In this document: positions 46,413 through 56,590 of the stretch, in pieces
Numbering within the stretch: position 1 is the first letter of the stretch
Layout of the letters: every line of letters starts with the position of its first letter
DNA from: Candidatus Falkowbacteria bacterium
Lineage (GTDB): Bacteria; Patescibacteriota; Patescibacteriia; CAIXNZ01
Direction: 5' to 3'
Assembly (NCBI GenBank): GCA_963774955.1
Contig: CAVZGV010000005.1
Location: forward strand, 30,495 to 94,494
Length of the DNA stretch: 64,000 nucleotides
The notes under the pieces: model-generated
The model's input: only the letters and a program-made list of their open reading frames with translations
The model's database searches: none
What the model was told of the DNA's origin: nothing
Program-made: the position numbers and the translations under genes

Positions 46413-47400
46413 TTATTTTAAACCGTCTAGGAATTTTTTTGACCTGAGTTCAAATTCTGCCCCCATGGCCTGATAAAGCCACAGCCTTTCAGGCGAAGTG
46501 CAATAATCGCATTTACAGGCCAAATAAACTGACAGCCAATACAAAAGACTGAGCTCCAGCAACGCATGACTGAAAATCCGGTCTTGCTCATACTTGGCAA
46601 TTTCTCTAGTTATGGTATATTTCAACATTTCTAAGGAAATAGCCTCATTCTTTCTCTGTAACTCCAGCTCTTTGCGCCAAATCGAAGTGTAGTAGCCAGC
46701 CAGGTCAAAAACGACATTACCAATCGCTGCAGACTCTTCCAGATACGGCAGGGCCTGTCTAGGATCAATGAATTTAACGGACTGATCACTTATCAGCAAT
46801 GATAATATTGCCGACTGTCAGATCCTTATGGGCTAGCGATAAAATCGAATTACGGGTAAATATCTTGGCCTTAGTTTGGATTTTTTCCAGTAGCAACTGG
46901 TTGCTCTGATTATCCAAACCGGCTCTTAATATATTCACCTTCAAAGCTCCGAGTAATTCTTCAAAGAAGTCTGACGATTTCAGCTGGCCCGTCTTACCAT
47001 TTATCATGCTCTCAAGAAAAATCAACCTGATTTTATGTAGAATTTCCAGATTGATTTTAACCAGAGTCTCCAATTGCTGTTTGCTACCGTTAAATTCTAA
47101 GACTGTGGTTTCCATGTCCTTCTGGCCTACGTCTTCTATCTCCCAAATAGCCAGGTCTGAGTCCTGGTAAACCAATTCAACCCGCGGGAATACCTCCCGG
47201 TATGATTTCAAGACTGATTGAAATTTGCCATAATTAGCCAGTTCTCTCTGCGCTTCTGAAACAGATCCAACCTTGAATATCCGGTCATTGACCCTGAAGA
47301 CCTCGGTCGAAGATGATCCAGCCAGTTTAATGATTGTAAAAGTGCTACCAATGATGGCCTTGACCCTCAACTTCGCTTGTAGAAAATCCTTAAACTCCAT
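46413..47400 (-). CDS. APH/choline-kinase-like phosphotransferase, interrupted by a frameshift near 46790
   Basis: The two overlapping ORFs 46786-47400 and 46413-46799 join as ..SLAHKDLTVGNIIIADK / SVKFIDPRQAL.., i.e. the kinase catalytic loop HxDLxxxN plus the (I/V)D motif. Confidence 0.6.
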
Positions 47401-47420
47401 AGCTATCTCCTTTCTGCGGC

Positions 47421-48095
47421 TTAAACCAATATTTTGTCTATATCTAAAATTATTTTAACATTAAAATCGGCGACCTTGGATCTTTTTTTATTATTCACAA
47501 AAATAGTTTTAATCCCTAATTTTTTTGCTGGGATTATGTCGGTTTCTTCCTGATCGCCTATTACCACACAATTGGCTGGTTTTATATTATAAGCTTTAAT
47601 TATCTCCTGAAAATAATTACCAAATCCCTTACGTAAATCGGCTTCGCCGGAAAAAATTCGATTTTTAAATATATCATTAATTTTCAATTCCTGCAAGACC
47701 CTGGATATCCAAATCATTGGCGCGTCGGAAACTACAACTAAACCATAGTTCGACCTTAATTTTAATAATAACTTTCTCAAACCTGAATTTGGCTTAATAT
47801 ATTTTTCAGCTGGGATATTCCAGACCTCTTTAAAATACTGATAACGGTCAAACCCAAAATTTTTCTCCAGGGCAATACTAATATCCTCACCATATTGTTT
47901 ATTTATCTCCTCTAAAATTTTAACGGCTTCAGCTTTTGTTTTATGTAGCTTCTTCATCACATATTTAAGAGCATTAGCCAGAACTTTTTTCTGCAAACCT
48001 GAATTTTTAAAGGAACCCTCTACAAAATTATAGAGGGTGCCGTCCATATCAAAAATGATTAATTTTTTTCTGACAATTTTATTTTTTGCTTTCAT
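47421..48095 (-). CDS. HAD-superfamily hydrolase (subfamily IA)
   Basis: LIIFDMDGTL (motif I) and ..VIGDQEETDI.. (motif IV). Confidence 0.8.
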   Translation of the reverse strand: MKAKNKIVRKKLIIFDMDGTLYNFVEGSFKNSGLQKKVLANALKYVMKKLHKTKAEAVKILEEINKQYGEDISIALEKNFGFDRYQYFKEVWNIPAEKYIKPNSGLRKLLLKLRSNYGLVVVSDAPMIWISRVLQELKINDIFKNRIFSGEADLRKGFGNYFQEIIKAYNIKPANCVVIGDQEETDIIPAKKLGIKTIFVNNKKRSKVADFNVKIILDIDKILV

Positions 48096-48630
48096 ATTCT
48101 TTAATTAACTCTAAAATCTTGGCCACAGCCTCCTCGGGATTATTAGCCCCAATGGCTTTCATGCGCTGACGCGAATCAAAATATTTATCCGCCATTTCTT
48201 CAGCCCAACCGCCGGTGCCTTTAATGACTACAATCGGAATATTCAGCTGATAAGCGACCAGCATTTCGGTCATCGTGCCTGAACCTCCGGAAACAGCAAT
48301 TATACCGTCGCAACTGTTAACCAAAACAAACTCGCGGCCACCCCCTCTTTCCAGTCCGCTGCAGATTAAAACATCAGTATTGGCTTCTTTATCCCAAATA
48401 TCCTTACCCTTACCATAAGTCACACCGACTGTCAGCCCCTTGGCTTTCTTGGCCCCGCGGGCAGCAGCGGTTGATAAGGAATCATAATCCTTTTCCGCGC
48501 CATAAACCGTAATATTACCGCTTTGAGCGATTAAGCCGCCAACTTCTTCAGCAATTTTTTCAATTTCTTCAGTGTATTTAGTATCAGCAGCCGAACCCAT
48601 TACTCCGATTTGATATTTTCTTTTGGACAT
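48079..48630 (-). CDS. TIGR00725/LOG-family (SLOG) Rossmann-fold nucleotide-binding protein
   Basis: ..VLVNSCDGIIAVSGGSGTMTEMLVAYQL.. with the GGxGT-x-E LOG signature. Confidence 0.75.
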   Translation of the reverse strand: MSKRKYQIGVMGSAADTKYTEEIEKIAEEVGGLIAQSGNITVYGAEKDYDSLSTAAARGAKKAKGLTVGVTYGKGKDIWDKEANTDVLICSGLERGGGREFVLVNSCDGIIAVSGGSGTMTEMLVAYQLNIPIVVIKGTGGWAEEMADKYFDSRQRMKAIGANNPEEAVAKILELIKEYESKK

Positions 48631-48724
48631 AATAATGAAAAATTAATGACTAAATTTACTTTAAAAATACCATATATTTATGAAAATTAAAAGTCCGCTT
48701 CCGAAGAAGCGGACTTGTAGGAAC

Positions 48725-49750
48725 TCAGCTGAGTTCGATACAGCACTCGGACAGAAAATCTGTGACTTTCGTGTCCAAATGCGGGAACGTGTTTTGGCCG
48801 ACGCTGATCGGCACACAAACCCTCATTCTGCTCTGCATCAGATCACCGAGCAAGATTTTCTTGTCCGGATTCAGAGCTTCGATCCTCTGAAAAAGGGTCA
48901 GCATCTGCTGCAGGCAAAAGAGCGACAGCTCATTATGTTTGGCCTTGGGAATGCTGGCCCAGACATCCATTTCCTTACAAAACGGCAGAATGTAGGGCAC
49001 ACTGTAGGCAGTACCGTCAAAGCAGTAAAAAGGATAATTTACGCCTTTGACCGATACCCCGAAAACCCTGCCGCTGTTAGGAATAAACGGATAGAAATCA
49101 TGATCCGGCATCCAGTCCAAGAGATTGGTCAGACCGTTTTTGACGATGATGTCACCGTCATAAACAGACCTGAGAACCTCCATGGCTTTGGGAAATACAA
49201 AGCCGATGACAATGGCCGCGATCTTGATCTGGGCATCCTGGAATTTTTCAATGACATAAGCCATTGTCTGTCCGGAAAAAGAACCGTCCTCAACCAAAAT
49301 GACTGACTGATCCGCCAGAATGGACTTGATACCCATGATCTGATCGGCCAAAGGCAGATAGCCAGGACGAGGTCCCAAGCCCAGAATCTGGCCGTTTTCA
49401 TCGATCAGACGATTGATCTGCAGGGCATAACCGCCACCGGTCAGAACAATCTCGGGACAAGTGGAAATGACCATAGCATCCCGCAACAGTTTGCGACGTT
49501 CGTAGGCGATGGAAAGAATTGAGCTGGCCAGATCCTCCATGTCAATCAGTTCAATCTTCGCCTCGGGCAAAATCTCATCCAGCTTGCCTTTAAGAGCGAA
49601 AATTGTCTGTTCGTAAATAGGATCACTGGCTCCGGGGATTTTAAATCCCAAATTACGAAACTGTTTGACCTTTGCCTGAAGATCAGTCGTTAAGATGAAC
49701 GTCTTATGATGATGCTCATCCACCTCATTCTTCTTGTCTGTTTCTACCAT
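48725..49750 (-). CDS. PRTase-like protein, paralog 2 of 3
   Basis: ..VILVEDGSFSGQTMAYV.. (PRPP-loop-like) and ..DHDFYPFIPNSG..YILPF...WASIP.. shared with its paralogs. Confidence 0.45.
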   Translation of the reverse strand: MVETDKKNEVDEHHHKTFILTTDLQAKVKQFRNLGFKIPGASDPIYEQTIFALKGKLDEILPEAKIELIDMEDLASSILSIAYERRKLLRDAMVISTCPEIVLTGGGYALQINRLIDENGQILGLGPRPGYLPLADQIMGIKSILADQSVILVEDGSFSGQTMAYVIEKFQDAQIKIAAIVIGFVFPKAMEVLRSVYDGDIIVKNGLTNLLDWMPDHDFYPFIPNSGRVFGVSVKGVNYPFYCFDGTAYSVPYILPFCKEMDVWASIPKAKHNELSLFCLQQMLTLFQRIEALNPDKKILLGDLMQSRMRVCVPISVGQNTFPHLDTKVTDFLSECCIELS

Positions 49751-49893
49751 CGAATTTCTCCTTTATCTGTAAAAATTTGTTAACCTGAAACCGATTCTGA
49801 CTCCGGATGTATCTAAACCCTCAATTTTAAGGGACAAGTTTTATAATTCACCTTAGCACATTGGCAGAAAAAAAGTCAAGATGCCGGAGGAAT

Positions 49894-50994
49894 TTATTTA
49901 GTGGTAAATCCCTCGCCATAAAGCAATGAATGACTGACCGCACAATCAGTCTTTGCGTCAGCCAAAAATTCTATCACCTTTGTATCCAGAGCCGGAAATT
50001 CACCGCCCCAAATACCGATCGGGATAGAAACCGCAACGTTTTTTTTCTGGCTGGCATTAAGGCCAATCAGATCTCCGATGGTTAATTGCCTGCGGTTGAG
50101 TCTAGCCAGTTCCTCAAAAAGAAAAATTGTTTCTTGCAGGCAAAAATCAGACAGCCAGATGCTCTTCTCTTTGGGGATATTGGCCCAATCATAGATCGGC
50201 CCAAAAGGAAGGATGTATGGCACAGTGTAAAACGCCTGGTTGAAAACGAACGGATAATAATTTTTTCTGACTTTCGTACCTACCATGCGTCCGCAATTTG
50301 GTACAAAAGGGAAAAAATCATGATCAGCTACCCAGTCGACCGGAGACTCAATTTCATTAATGACAATTAAATCCCCGTCAAGTTCACGAAGCAGTCTGGC
50401 TTTGGCCTCGGCAAAAATAAAGCCAACAACTACGGCTTTAATCTGCAGACCGTTGGCTTTAAACTCTTTAAGTACCTTACTTAAAGTGCGGCCGGAATAT
50501 GAACCGTCCTCAACAATGATGATCGGGCGATGAGTCTTGCCATAGACTGAACGAATGATCTCAATCTGGTCATCAATGGTCAGATGACCCGGCCGCGGAC
50601 CGATCCCCAACATCTTACCCTGAAAATTAACGATGCGGTTGATTTCCAAAGTACGGCCGATGTTAATATCGGTATTGACGGCAATTTCCGGACAGCTGCT
50701 AATCACGATTGCATCCTTAAGTTCGGTACTCTTGGCATAAGCCCGGTCAATGATATTTGCCGCCAGTTGCTCCATGTTAAGAGCAATGACGCGGACACCG
50801 CCCAAAGCCTGACCGATTTTAGACGCTAATTCAGTTTCGATTTCCTGAAATAACTTGCTATTTGGTCCTGGAACCTTCAACCCCAGATTGGCAAAATAGC
50901 TGATCTTCTGTCCCAGGTCGCAGGTCAAAATATAATTTTTCCCCGCATGACCGCTGATTGCTCCTTCATCACTTGCGATAATTTTCATGTTCAA
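49894..50994 (-). CDS. PRTase-like protein, paralog 3 of 3
   Basis: ..IIIVEDGSYSGRTLSKV.. and ..DHDFFPFVPNCG..YILPF..WANIP... Confidence 0.45.
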   Translation of the reverse strand: MNMKIIASDEGAISGHAGKNYILTCDLGQKISYFANLGLKVPGPNSKLFQEIETELASKIGQALGGVRVIALNMEQLAANIIDRAYAKSTELKDAIVISSCPEIAVNTDINIGRTLEINRIVNFQGKMLGIGPRPGHLTIDDQIEIIRSVYGKTHRPIIIVEDGSYSGRTLSKVLKEFKANGLQIKAVVVGFIFAEAKARLLRELDGDLIVINEIESPVDWVADHDFFPFVPNCGRMVGTKVRKNYYPFVFNQAFYTVPYILPFGPIYDWANIPKEKSIWLSDFCLQETIFLFEELARLNRRQLTIGDLIGLNASQKKNVAVSIPIGIWGGEFPALDTKVIEFLADAKTDCAVSHSLLYGEGFTTK

Positions 50995-51130
50995 TACCTC
51001 CGTTATTGGTTACAAGTTTTGTCTTTGGTTTTACTGATTTCAAAGGGCAGCCTACTTCTACTATTATTTAATCTCATATAGTAAATTATGACTAAGGAAA
51101 AATAAGGACAAACTATCGACCTAATTTGAA

Positions 51131-51160
51131 AAGCTCCCCGCTTGGCGGGGAGCTCTTAGC
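51131..51160 (-). terminator. terminator after ORF 51163-51390
   Basis: AGCTCCCCGC-ttg-GCGGGGAGCT perfect hairpin, followed on the minus strand by TTTTC. Confidence 0.55.
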
Positions 51161-51162
51161 CG

Positions 51163-51390
51163 TTAAACTGTGATCGGTTCGCAGTAAAAAGGCTCTTTTT
51201 TGAGGGCATAACTGTTCAAAGACGCTTGTCCCTGCTCAGAGATTTTGGCCGTGGCCAATAAAATGTCCAGGCATTCATCGGGCTTAAGCAGGGTCAGGGG
51301 CATACCCTGTTCATAGCCTCCCGCCCAGGCGCATCCGATTTCCGTACACTGTCCAGAGGTCCACACCATGATCCGAGTTTTCATCTTCAT
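51163..51390 (-). CDS. small Cys-containing hypothetical protein
   Basis: 75 aa, 4 Cys, GC-richer than surroundings. Upstream direct repeats CGTAA(A/T)ACGGTTA x2-3. Confidence 0.35.
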   Translation of the reverse strand: MKMKTRIMVWTSGQCTEIGCAWAGGYEQGMPLTLLKPDECLDILLATAKISEQGQASLNSYALKKEPFYCEPITV

Positions 51391-51518
51391 CGCGTACCTC
51401 CTTTTTGTTTTCGTCTTGCGTAAAACGGTTACGAAGCTCGTTTCGTAATACGGTTATGTATTACGGCTATAAAAACCACTTAACCTTTAGACGCTAAACG
51501 ATACGGGCATCGTTGCCC

Positions 51519-53243
51519 TTAACCCTTAACCCACTTCAACAGCTTATCCAACTCCCAGGAGTTGATCACATCGGCACGGGTTGCCCAGCCTCTCCTGGCA
51601 GTGGCAATACCGTATTTGACCAAATCCAGATGTTCCAGGGCATGAGCATCGGAATCAATACAAAATTTACAGCCGTAAGTCAAAGCGTCTTTAATTAAAG
51701 TATCTTTCAAATCTAAACGTTCAGGAAAAGAATTAATTTCCAGGGCCACCTTATATTTGGCACAGGCCTTAAATATTTCAGGCCAATCAACATCATAACC
51801 ATGACGGTGCCCGAGTAAACGTCCGGAAGGATGACCAAAGATTTTAATGCCTGACTTGATACCTGATAAAATCCTTTTAGTCATGGCTGCTTCATCCTGA
51901 TTAAAGGCTGAATGCACTGAGCCAATGCCATAATCAAGTTTTTTTAAAGTGGCTGCTGAAATATCCAATTGGCCCTTGGCATTGATATTTATTTCCGCGC
52001 CGGCCAAAATTCGCAAATCTTTAAATTTTTTATTTACTTTCTGAATTTCAATTTTATGTTTCAAAAGTTCCCTGTCATTTAAACCCGAAGCCACGCCCAG
52101 ACCGACAGTATGGTCTGAGATACCCAGGTATTTGTATTTTAGGCTTAAAGCTTTAGCTGCCAATTCGCTAATGGTATTAGAACCATCGCTTGATTTTGTA
52201 TGGCAGTGCAAATCACCCTTAATTTCTCCGTAATTAATCAGCTTAGGCAGTTGGTGCGCTAAAGCCGCCTCGATCTCACCCCGATCTTCTCGCAATTCCG
52301 GCACTATATAATCCATCCCCAAAAATTTATATAAACTTTGCTCGTCTTTGAAATGATTAACCTTGCCGTTTTTGGTAATGCCGTATTCTGATATTTTTAA
52401 TCCTTTAGCCGAAGCCCAGGTGCGTAAGGCTACATTATGTTCTTTAGATCCGGTAAAATGCTGAAGTAAAGAACCGTATGTACTGGCCGGCAAAATTTCC
52501 AAATCAACTCTGACATTTTGCCTGTGAGTAATCGAAATTTTCGTCGCACCTTTGGCTAAAATATTTTTAACAAAGGGCGCCGTGGCAAAATATTCAATAA
52601 TCTTTTTTGAATCCGGTGTAGCCACAACAATATCAATATCACCGATAGTTTCTTTCATCCGACGCAAAGAGCCAACCACATCGCAACGATTAACAGCTTT
52701 ATTTTTCCGCAAAAATCTCAGAATCTCATCGGCAATGGGACCGGCTGTGGTCAAAACCATTCTGTTGCGCTCCTTGGTTCTGGTCTGAAACTGCTGGATG
52801 CCCCGCAGAATATTTAAAGCTGACTGTTTTTTAAAATGAGGTAATTGGGCAATCACGCCTGACTTGGCAGCTTTGGCCAGCTTATCAATGCTGTCAATTT
52901 TTAATTTTTTATACAAAACTTCCGCTGTCTTGGGCCCAATTCCTGGCACCTCGGTTAAAATTAACATTTTTTCCGGGAATTCCTTAGTCAGCTGAGTATA
53001 AGCCTTTAATTTTCCGGTTTTTAAAAGTTCCACTATTTTTTCCGCAATACTAACACCAACTCCGGGCACTTCTTCCAGGGCTTTAATTCCGCCTTCCTTG
53101 TAAATATTGCCCAGCTCCTTGGTCAGATTAGCAATCACATCAGCGGCACGTTCATAAGCAATCACCCGAAACCGGCTGTCATTTTTCAATTCCAAAATCG
53201 TAGAGATATTCTTGAATATTTTGGCGATTTGTTGATTATCCAT
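51519..53243 (-). CDS. polX: DNA polymerase X family protein with C-terminal PHP domain
   Basis: N-terminal HhH/8-kDa and polymerase-beta-like palm (..GSLRRMKETIGDIDIVVAT..) plus a C-terminal PHP domain (..GDLHCHTKSSDG.., ..SDAHALEHL..). Confidence 0.85.
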   Translation of the reverse strand: MDNQQIAKIFKNISTILELKNDSRFRVIAYERAADVIANLTKELGNIYKEGGIKALEEVPGVGVSIAEKIVELLKTGKLKAYTQLTKEFPEKMLILTEVPGIGPKTAEVLYKKLKIDSIDKLAKAAKSGVIAQLPHFKKQSALNILRGIQQFQTRTKERNRMVLTTAGPIADEILRFLRKNKAVNRCDVVGSLRRMKETIGDIDIVVATPDSKKIIEYFATAPFVKNILAKGATKISITHRQNVRVDLEILPASTYGSLLQHFTGSKEHNVALRTWASAKGLKISEYGITKNGKVNHFKDEQSLYKFLGMDYIVPELREDRGEIEAALAHQLPKLINYGEIKGDLHCHTKSSDGSNTISELAAKALSLKYKYLGISDHTVGLGVASGLNDRELLKHKIEIQKVNKKFKDLRILAGAEININAKGQLDISAATLKKLDYGIGSVHSAFNQDEAAMTKRILSGIKSGIKIFGHPSGRLLGHRHGYDVDWPEIFKACAKYKVALEINSFPERLDLKDTLIKDALTYGCKFCIDSDAHALEHLDLVKYGIATARRGWATRADVINSWELDKLLKWVKG

Positions 53244-53315
53244 GTTTATATTTTATCAAAAAAAATAGAATAAAAAAAGCCCCGCACATTTTACTGTACG
53301 AGGCTTATTAGCTGT

Positions 53316-54959
53316 TTAAGCCTGACGCTGACCCTTAAGAATTGTTACTTCATAAAGATCTAAAAGCGCTATGGCAGAAGCCTTGATGATATTGCGGGAA
53401 ACCGCAGCCGTATCCTCAAAGCCAAATGGTGTTTTGCCGGTAATGGAAACCCGCACTCTGGACGCCGTGCCTTTGCCGTTGCCGTTGATAATGCGGACTT
53501 TGAACCCGACCAGCTCCACCGCCTGCAAAACAGGATAGACATTGGCCAGAACGGGTTTCAGCGCATTTTTAATGGCATCAACCGGTCCGTCATCGCCTCT
53601 TTCCCAGGGTTTGACCACGCTGCCGTTCGGAAAATTGACTTCGATCGAAGATTCCGACCGGTGCTTTTTGGGCGCACCGTTTTCCCAGACCAGGGTCGAA
53701 TGTGATTTGATCAGCCTGATCTGAAACGGTCGAACGTAATTTTCCAGCTGACGCAGGGCAATCAGGGCAAAGGTGCCTGGTGCGGATTCCAGATTGAAAC
53801 CCTGCTTATCAAGGCTGCGAATCTGGCCGAGGATTTTGTAAACCGCTGGATCATCACGTTCAATTGGCACTCCCAATTCGTTTAAAGCCGCAACCACCGC
53901 GTTGCGCCCGGCCTCGCCGGAAATCGGCAAACGTCTTTTGGCTCCCACCAGGTTAGGATTGATGTGCTCCTGCAAAGTCGGATCAAGTCTGGCTCCCAGC
54001 TGATGCGAAGCGGCTTTGTGGGTAAAGGCCCAGGACCCGACGTAAGGCTGATTGTTGGACAAGGCCTGGTTGTTTTTTTCAGCCACAAACTCGGCCAAAG
54101 CTTTCAAGCCCTTCGTGGAATCAATGCCCTGACACTTGATGCCTTTTTTGTGAATCAAAGTCGGTAGCAGGCTGGTCAGCTTGGGCATGCCCACTCGTTC
54201 GCTTTCACCGTTGACCGTACACTGCGCAAAAGTGGCGCCCAAATTAATGGCGCTCAGGGTATTGGCCAGGGCAAATTCACCGTCGTCATGCATATGCACA
54301 CCCCAGGCCTGATTATCCAAAAGGTCTGACATCTCGTGGATAACCATTTCCACCTGTTCGGGCAGCATGCCGCCGTTGGTGTCGCAGAGGATAATCACGT
54401 CGGCTCCGCCGGCAATGGCCGCCTCCATGGTTTTGTAGGCATAGTCCGGATCTTCCAGATAACCGTCAAAAAAATGCTCGGCATCATAAAAGACCGTACC
54501 GCCCTGCTTTTTCAGGAATTTAACCGAATCCTCAATCATGCGCAGGTTTTCCTTGAGGCTGGTTTTCAGAACTTCAAAGACATGACGTTTGGAACTTTTA
54601 CCGAAAATGGCAAAATTCTTCAGCCCGGTTTTAACCAAGGCTTTTAAACGTTTGCTGTCTTTGGCCTCGACATCTTTTTCACCGGTCGAGCCGAAAACCA
54701 CCAATCTCTCTCTGCCCTTAAACTCCGATTGAGTGACGAGCTGATAAAACTCCAAAGCCTTTTGCAGGGCTTCCTTTTCCTCGTCTTCTTTGACTTCTTG
54801 TTCCGGAACCGGCCAAGGACACTCAATCCAAGGCACTCCAAACTCCAGTAACTTTTCCGCAATTGCCACCATGTCCTGAGGCGTAAAACTGCTCCCCATT
54901 GATTGTCCGCCTTCGCGCAACGTCGTATCACAGATCAACACGCCTGTCTTCTCGGTCAT
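53316..54959 (-). CDS. 2-isopropylmalate synthase / (R)-citramalate synthase family (LeuA/CimA)
   Basis: DTTLREGGQ (DTTLRDGEQ-like) at the N-terminus, HMHDDGEFALANTLSAI (HxH metal site), and a C-terminal LeuA-dimer regulatory domain. The track ORF starts 53 codons earlier; the Met before ..EKTGVLICDTTLREGGQ at 54959 is the likely start. Markedly GC-rich. Confidence 0.8.
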   Translation of the reverse strand: MTEKTGVLICDTTLREGGQSMGSSFTPQDMVAIAEKLLEFGVPWIECPWPVPEQEVKEDEEKEALQKALEFYQLVTQSEFKGRERLVVFGSTGEKDVEAKDSKRLKALVKTGLKNFAIFGKSSKRHVFEVLKTSLKENLRMIEDSVKFLKKQGGTVFYDAEHFFDGYLEDPDYAYKTMEAAIAGGADVIILCDTNGGMLPEQVEMVIHEMSDLLDNQAWGVHMHDDGEFALANTLSAINLGATFAQCTVNGESERVGMPKLTSLLPTLIHKKGIKCQGIDSTKGLKALAEFVAEKNNQALSNNQPYVGSWAFTHKAASHQLGARLDPTLQEHINPNLVGAKRRLPISGEAGRNAVVAALNELGVPIERDDPAVYKILGQIRSLDKQGFNLESAPGTFALIALRQLENYVRPFQIRLIKSHSTLVWENGAPKKHRSESSIEVNFPNGSVVKPWERGDDGPVDAIKNALKPVLANVYPVLQAVELVGFKVRIINGNGKGTASRVRVSITGKTPFGFEDTAAVSRNIIKASAIALLDLYEVTILKGQRQA

Positions 54960-55283
54960 AAGCCCCTCCTTATTTACCCGGTTGGAAACGGGTTTAACTG
55001 GAAACAAAACCATCCTGACAACACTGATTATATGTAAAGAACATTCCTTTATATAAAAAATTCCAGCCCCCTTATGGAAGGCCGGAACTTTGTTATCAAT
55101 AATTGAAATTTTTAACAATGTAAAAGCCTTCCATTTAATGCTGGAATAATAATGTTAATAATAATGGCGATTGTTCTGTAGTAATTCATATTTTTCATTT
55201 TATACTGGCAGTTTAGCAAAATATTGTGTTAATGTCAAGTCTAATTGAAAGATGGCATCTGGCCATAAGCTATTAGCTATACG

Positions 55284-55514
55284 CTATAAGCCGAGTTCCT
55301 TATCAATAGCCGCCTTATCAAAGCCGACAATAATTTTACCTTCTATATCCAAAACCGGTACGCCCATTTGTCCGGATTTATCAATCATGATTTGAGCGTT
55401 TTTGGCATCAGTAACATCCAAGTCAGTGTAAGCGATTTTTTGAGAATCAAGATACTCCTTGGCCTGATGACAAAACGGGCAGGTCGGCGTCGAATAAATA
55501 GTAATTTTTTTCAT
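55284..55514 (-). CDS. glutaredoxin (CPFC active site; NrdH/Grx-like)
   Basis: 76 aa, ..IYSTPTCPFCHQAKEYL.. ..GVPVLDIEGKII.. Confidence 0.8.
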   Translation of the reverse strand: MKKITIYSTPTCPFCHQAKEYLDSQKIAYTDLDVTDAKNAQIMIDKSGQMGVPVLDIEGKIIVGFDKAAIDKELGL

Positions 55515-55537
55515 AAAATATTGCTTAATATTTAAAT

Positions 55538-55867
55538 TTATCGATTATCGCCGTTTCCCTGCAAAACTCCGCGGTCTTTGCGGGAAAATAATTTTTCAAT
55601 ATTTTTCAAAGCCACCTGATCAAGGTCTAAACCAAGTTCAGTAGCAATTTGCGCCACATACCACAAAACATCTCCCAGCTCTTTCTGAATTTCAGTTTTC
55701 GTATCATCATCAATAATACCGCCTTTATCGCGCAGAACTTTTTTTATTTTTTCCGCGACTTCGCCGGCTTCCCCGCTTAAGCCTAAAGTCGGATAAATAA
55801 AATTATTATCGCGATTGGGATAAAGCGCAGTCTCCCGTGATTTAATTTGATATTCTTTAAAATCCAT
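55538..55867 (-). CDS. MazG-like nucleotide pyrophosphohydrolase
   Basis: ..GLSGEAGEVAEKIKK.. ..ELGDVLWYVAQIA.. EExxE/D motifs. Confidence 0.8.
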   Translation of the reverse strand: MDFKEYQIKSRETALYPNRDNNFIYPTLGLSGEAGEVAEKIKKVLRDKGGIIDDDTKTEIQKELGDVLWYVAQIATELGLDLDQVALKNIEKLFSRKDRGVLQGNGDNR

Positions 55868-55882
55868 AAAGTTAAAAATAAT

Positions 55883-56590
55883 TTAATGGCCAAAACGGCG
55901 CTGTCTTTTTTTATAAATATTTACTATATTTTTAAGATCTCTTTCGGAAAAATCCGGCCAATGTTTTTTCAGAAAAACCAATTCGGAATAAACCGACTGC
56001 CAGGTCAAAAAGTTTGACAGGCGCTGTTCTCCGGAAGTTCTGACAATTATATCCGGATCAGGCAAATCATTAAATAGATACTGTCGAAATAATTCCGGAC
56101 TTAGCTTGCCGGCTGAAATTTTCTTTTTGCGTATTTTTTTAAACGCCTCTAAAATTTCCTGACGGCCACCGTAATTAAAACAAATATTCAAAATCAACTT
56201 CTGATTGTTACGGGTTAATTTTTCAGTCTCGGTTATGAGGGCGGCCAAATCCTGGTCTAAATTATTTCTAAAACCGCTGACTAATATTTTCACTCCGTTA
56301 TCGTTGAATTCACGCCTGTGCTTTTTAAAAATCAGTCTGGCCAGCTTCATCAGATAGGAAACTTCGGCCTTGGACCGGTTCCAATTCTCGGTCGAAAAGG
56401 CATAAACTGTAATAATCCTGATTTTGGCCTTAATCGCCCAACCAGTCAAAGCTAAAACCTTTTCATAACCGCGATAATGACCCTGGTAAGTGGGCAGTCC
56501 CCGCTGTCTGGCCCAGCGCCGGTTGCCGTCCATGATAATGGCCAAGTGGTTTAATTCAGTCATAAGCCTAAATCGAGACTGGCTAACCAA
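55883..56590 (-). CDS. uppS: undecaprenyl diphosphate synthase (cis-IPTase)
   Basis: ..HLAIIMDGNRRWA.. ..YAFSTENWNR.. ..RTSGEQRLSNFLTWQ.. Confidence 0.9.
   Translation of the reverse strand: MVSQSRFRLMTELNHLAIIMDGNRRWARQRGLPTYQGHYRGYEKVLALTGWAIKAKIRIITVYAFSTENWNRSKAEVSYLMKLARLIFKKHRREFNDNGVKILVSGFRNNLDQDLAALITETEKLTRNNQKLILNICFNYGGRQEILEAFKKIRKKKISAGKLSPELFRQYLFNDLPDPDIIVRTSGEQRLSNFLTWQSVYSELVFLKKHWPDFSERDLKNIVNIYKKRQRRFGH

Noticed and set aside
44400-50994. The PRTase-like paralog cluster as an anti-phage system (retron/PRTase- or Thoeris/SLOG-like).
   Set aside because: No reverse transcriptase, ncRNA, TIR, sirtuin or nuclease partner is present. The companions are HAD phosphatases, a LOG-type enzyme and a kinase, which fit metabolism better than defence.
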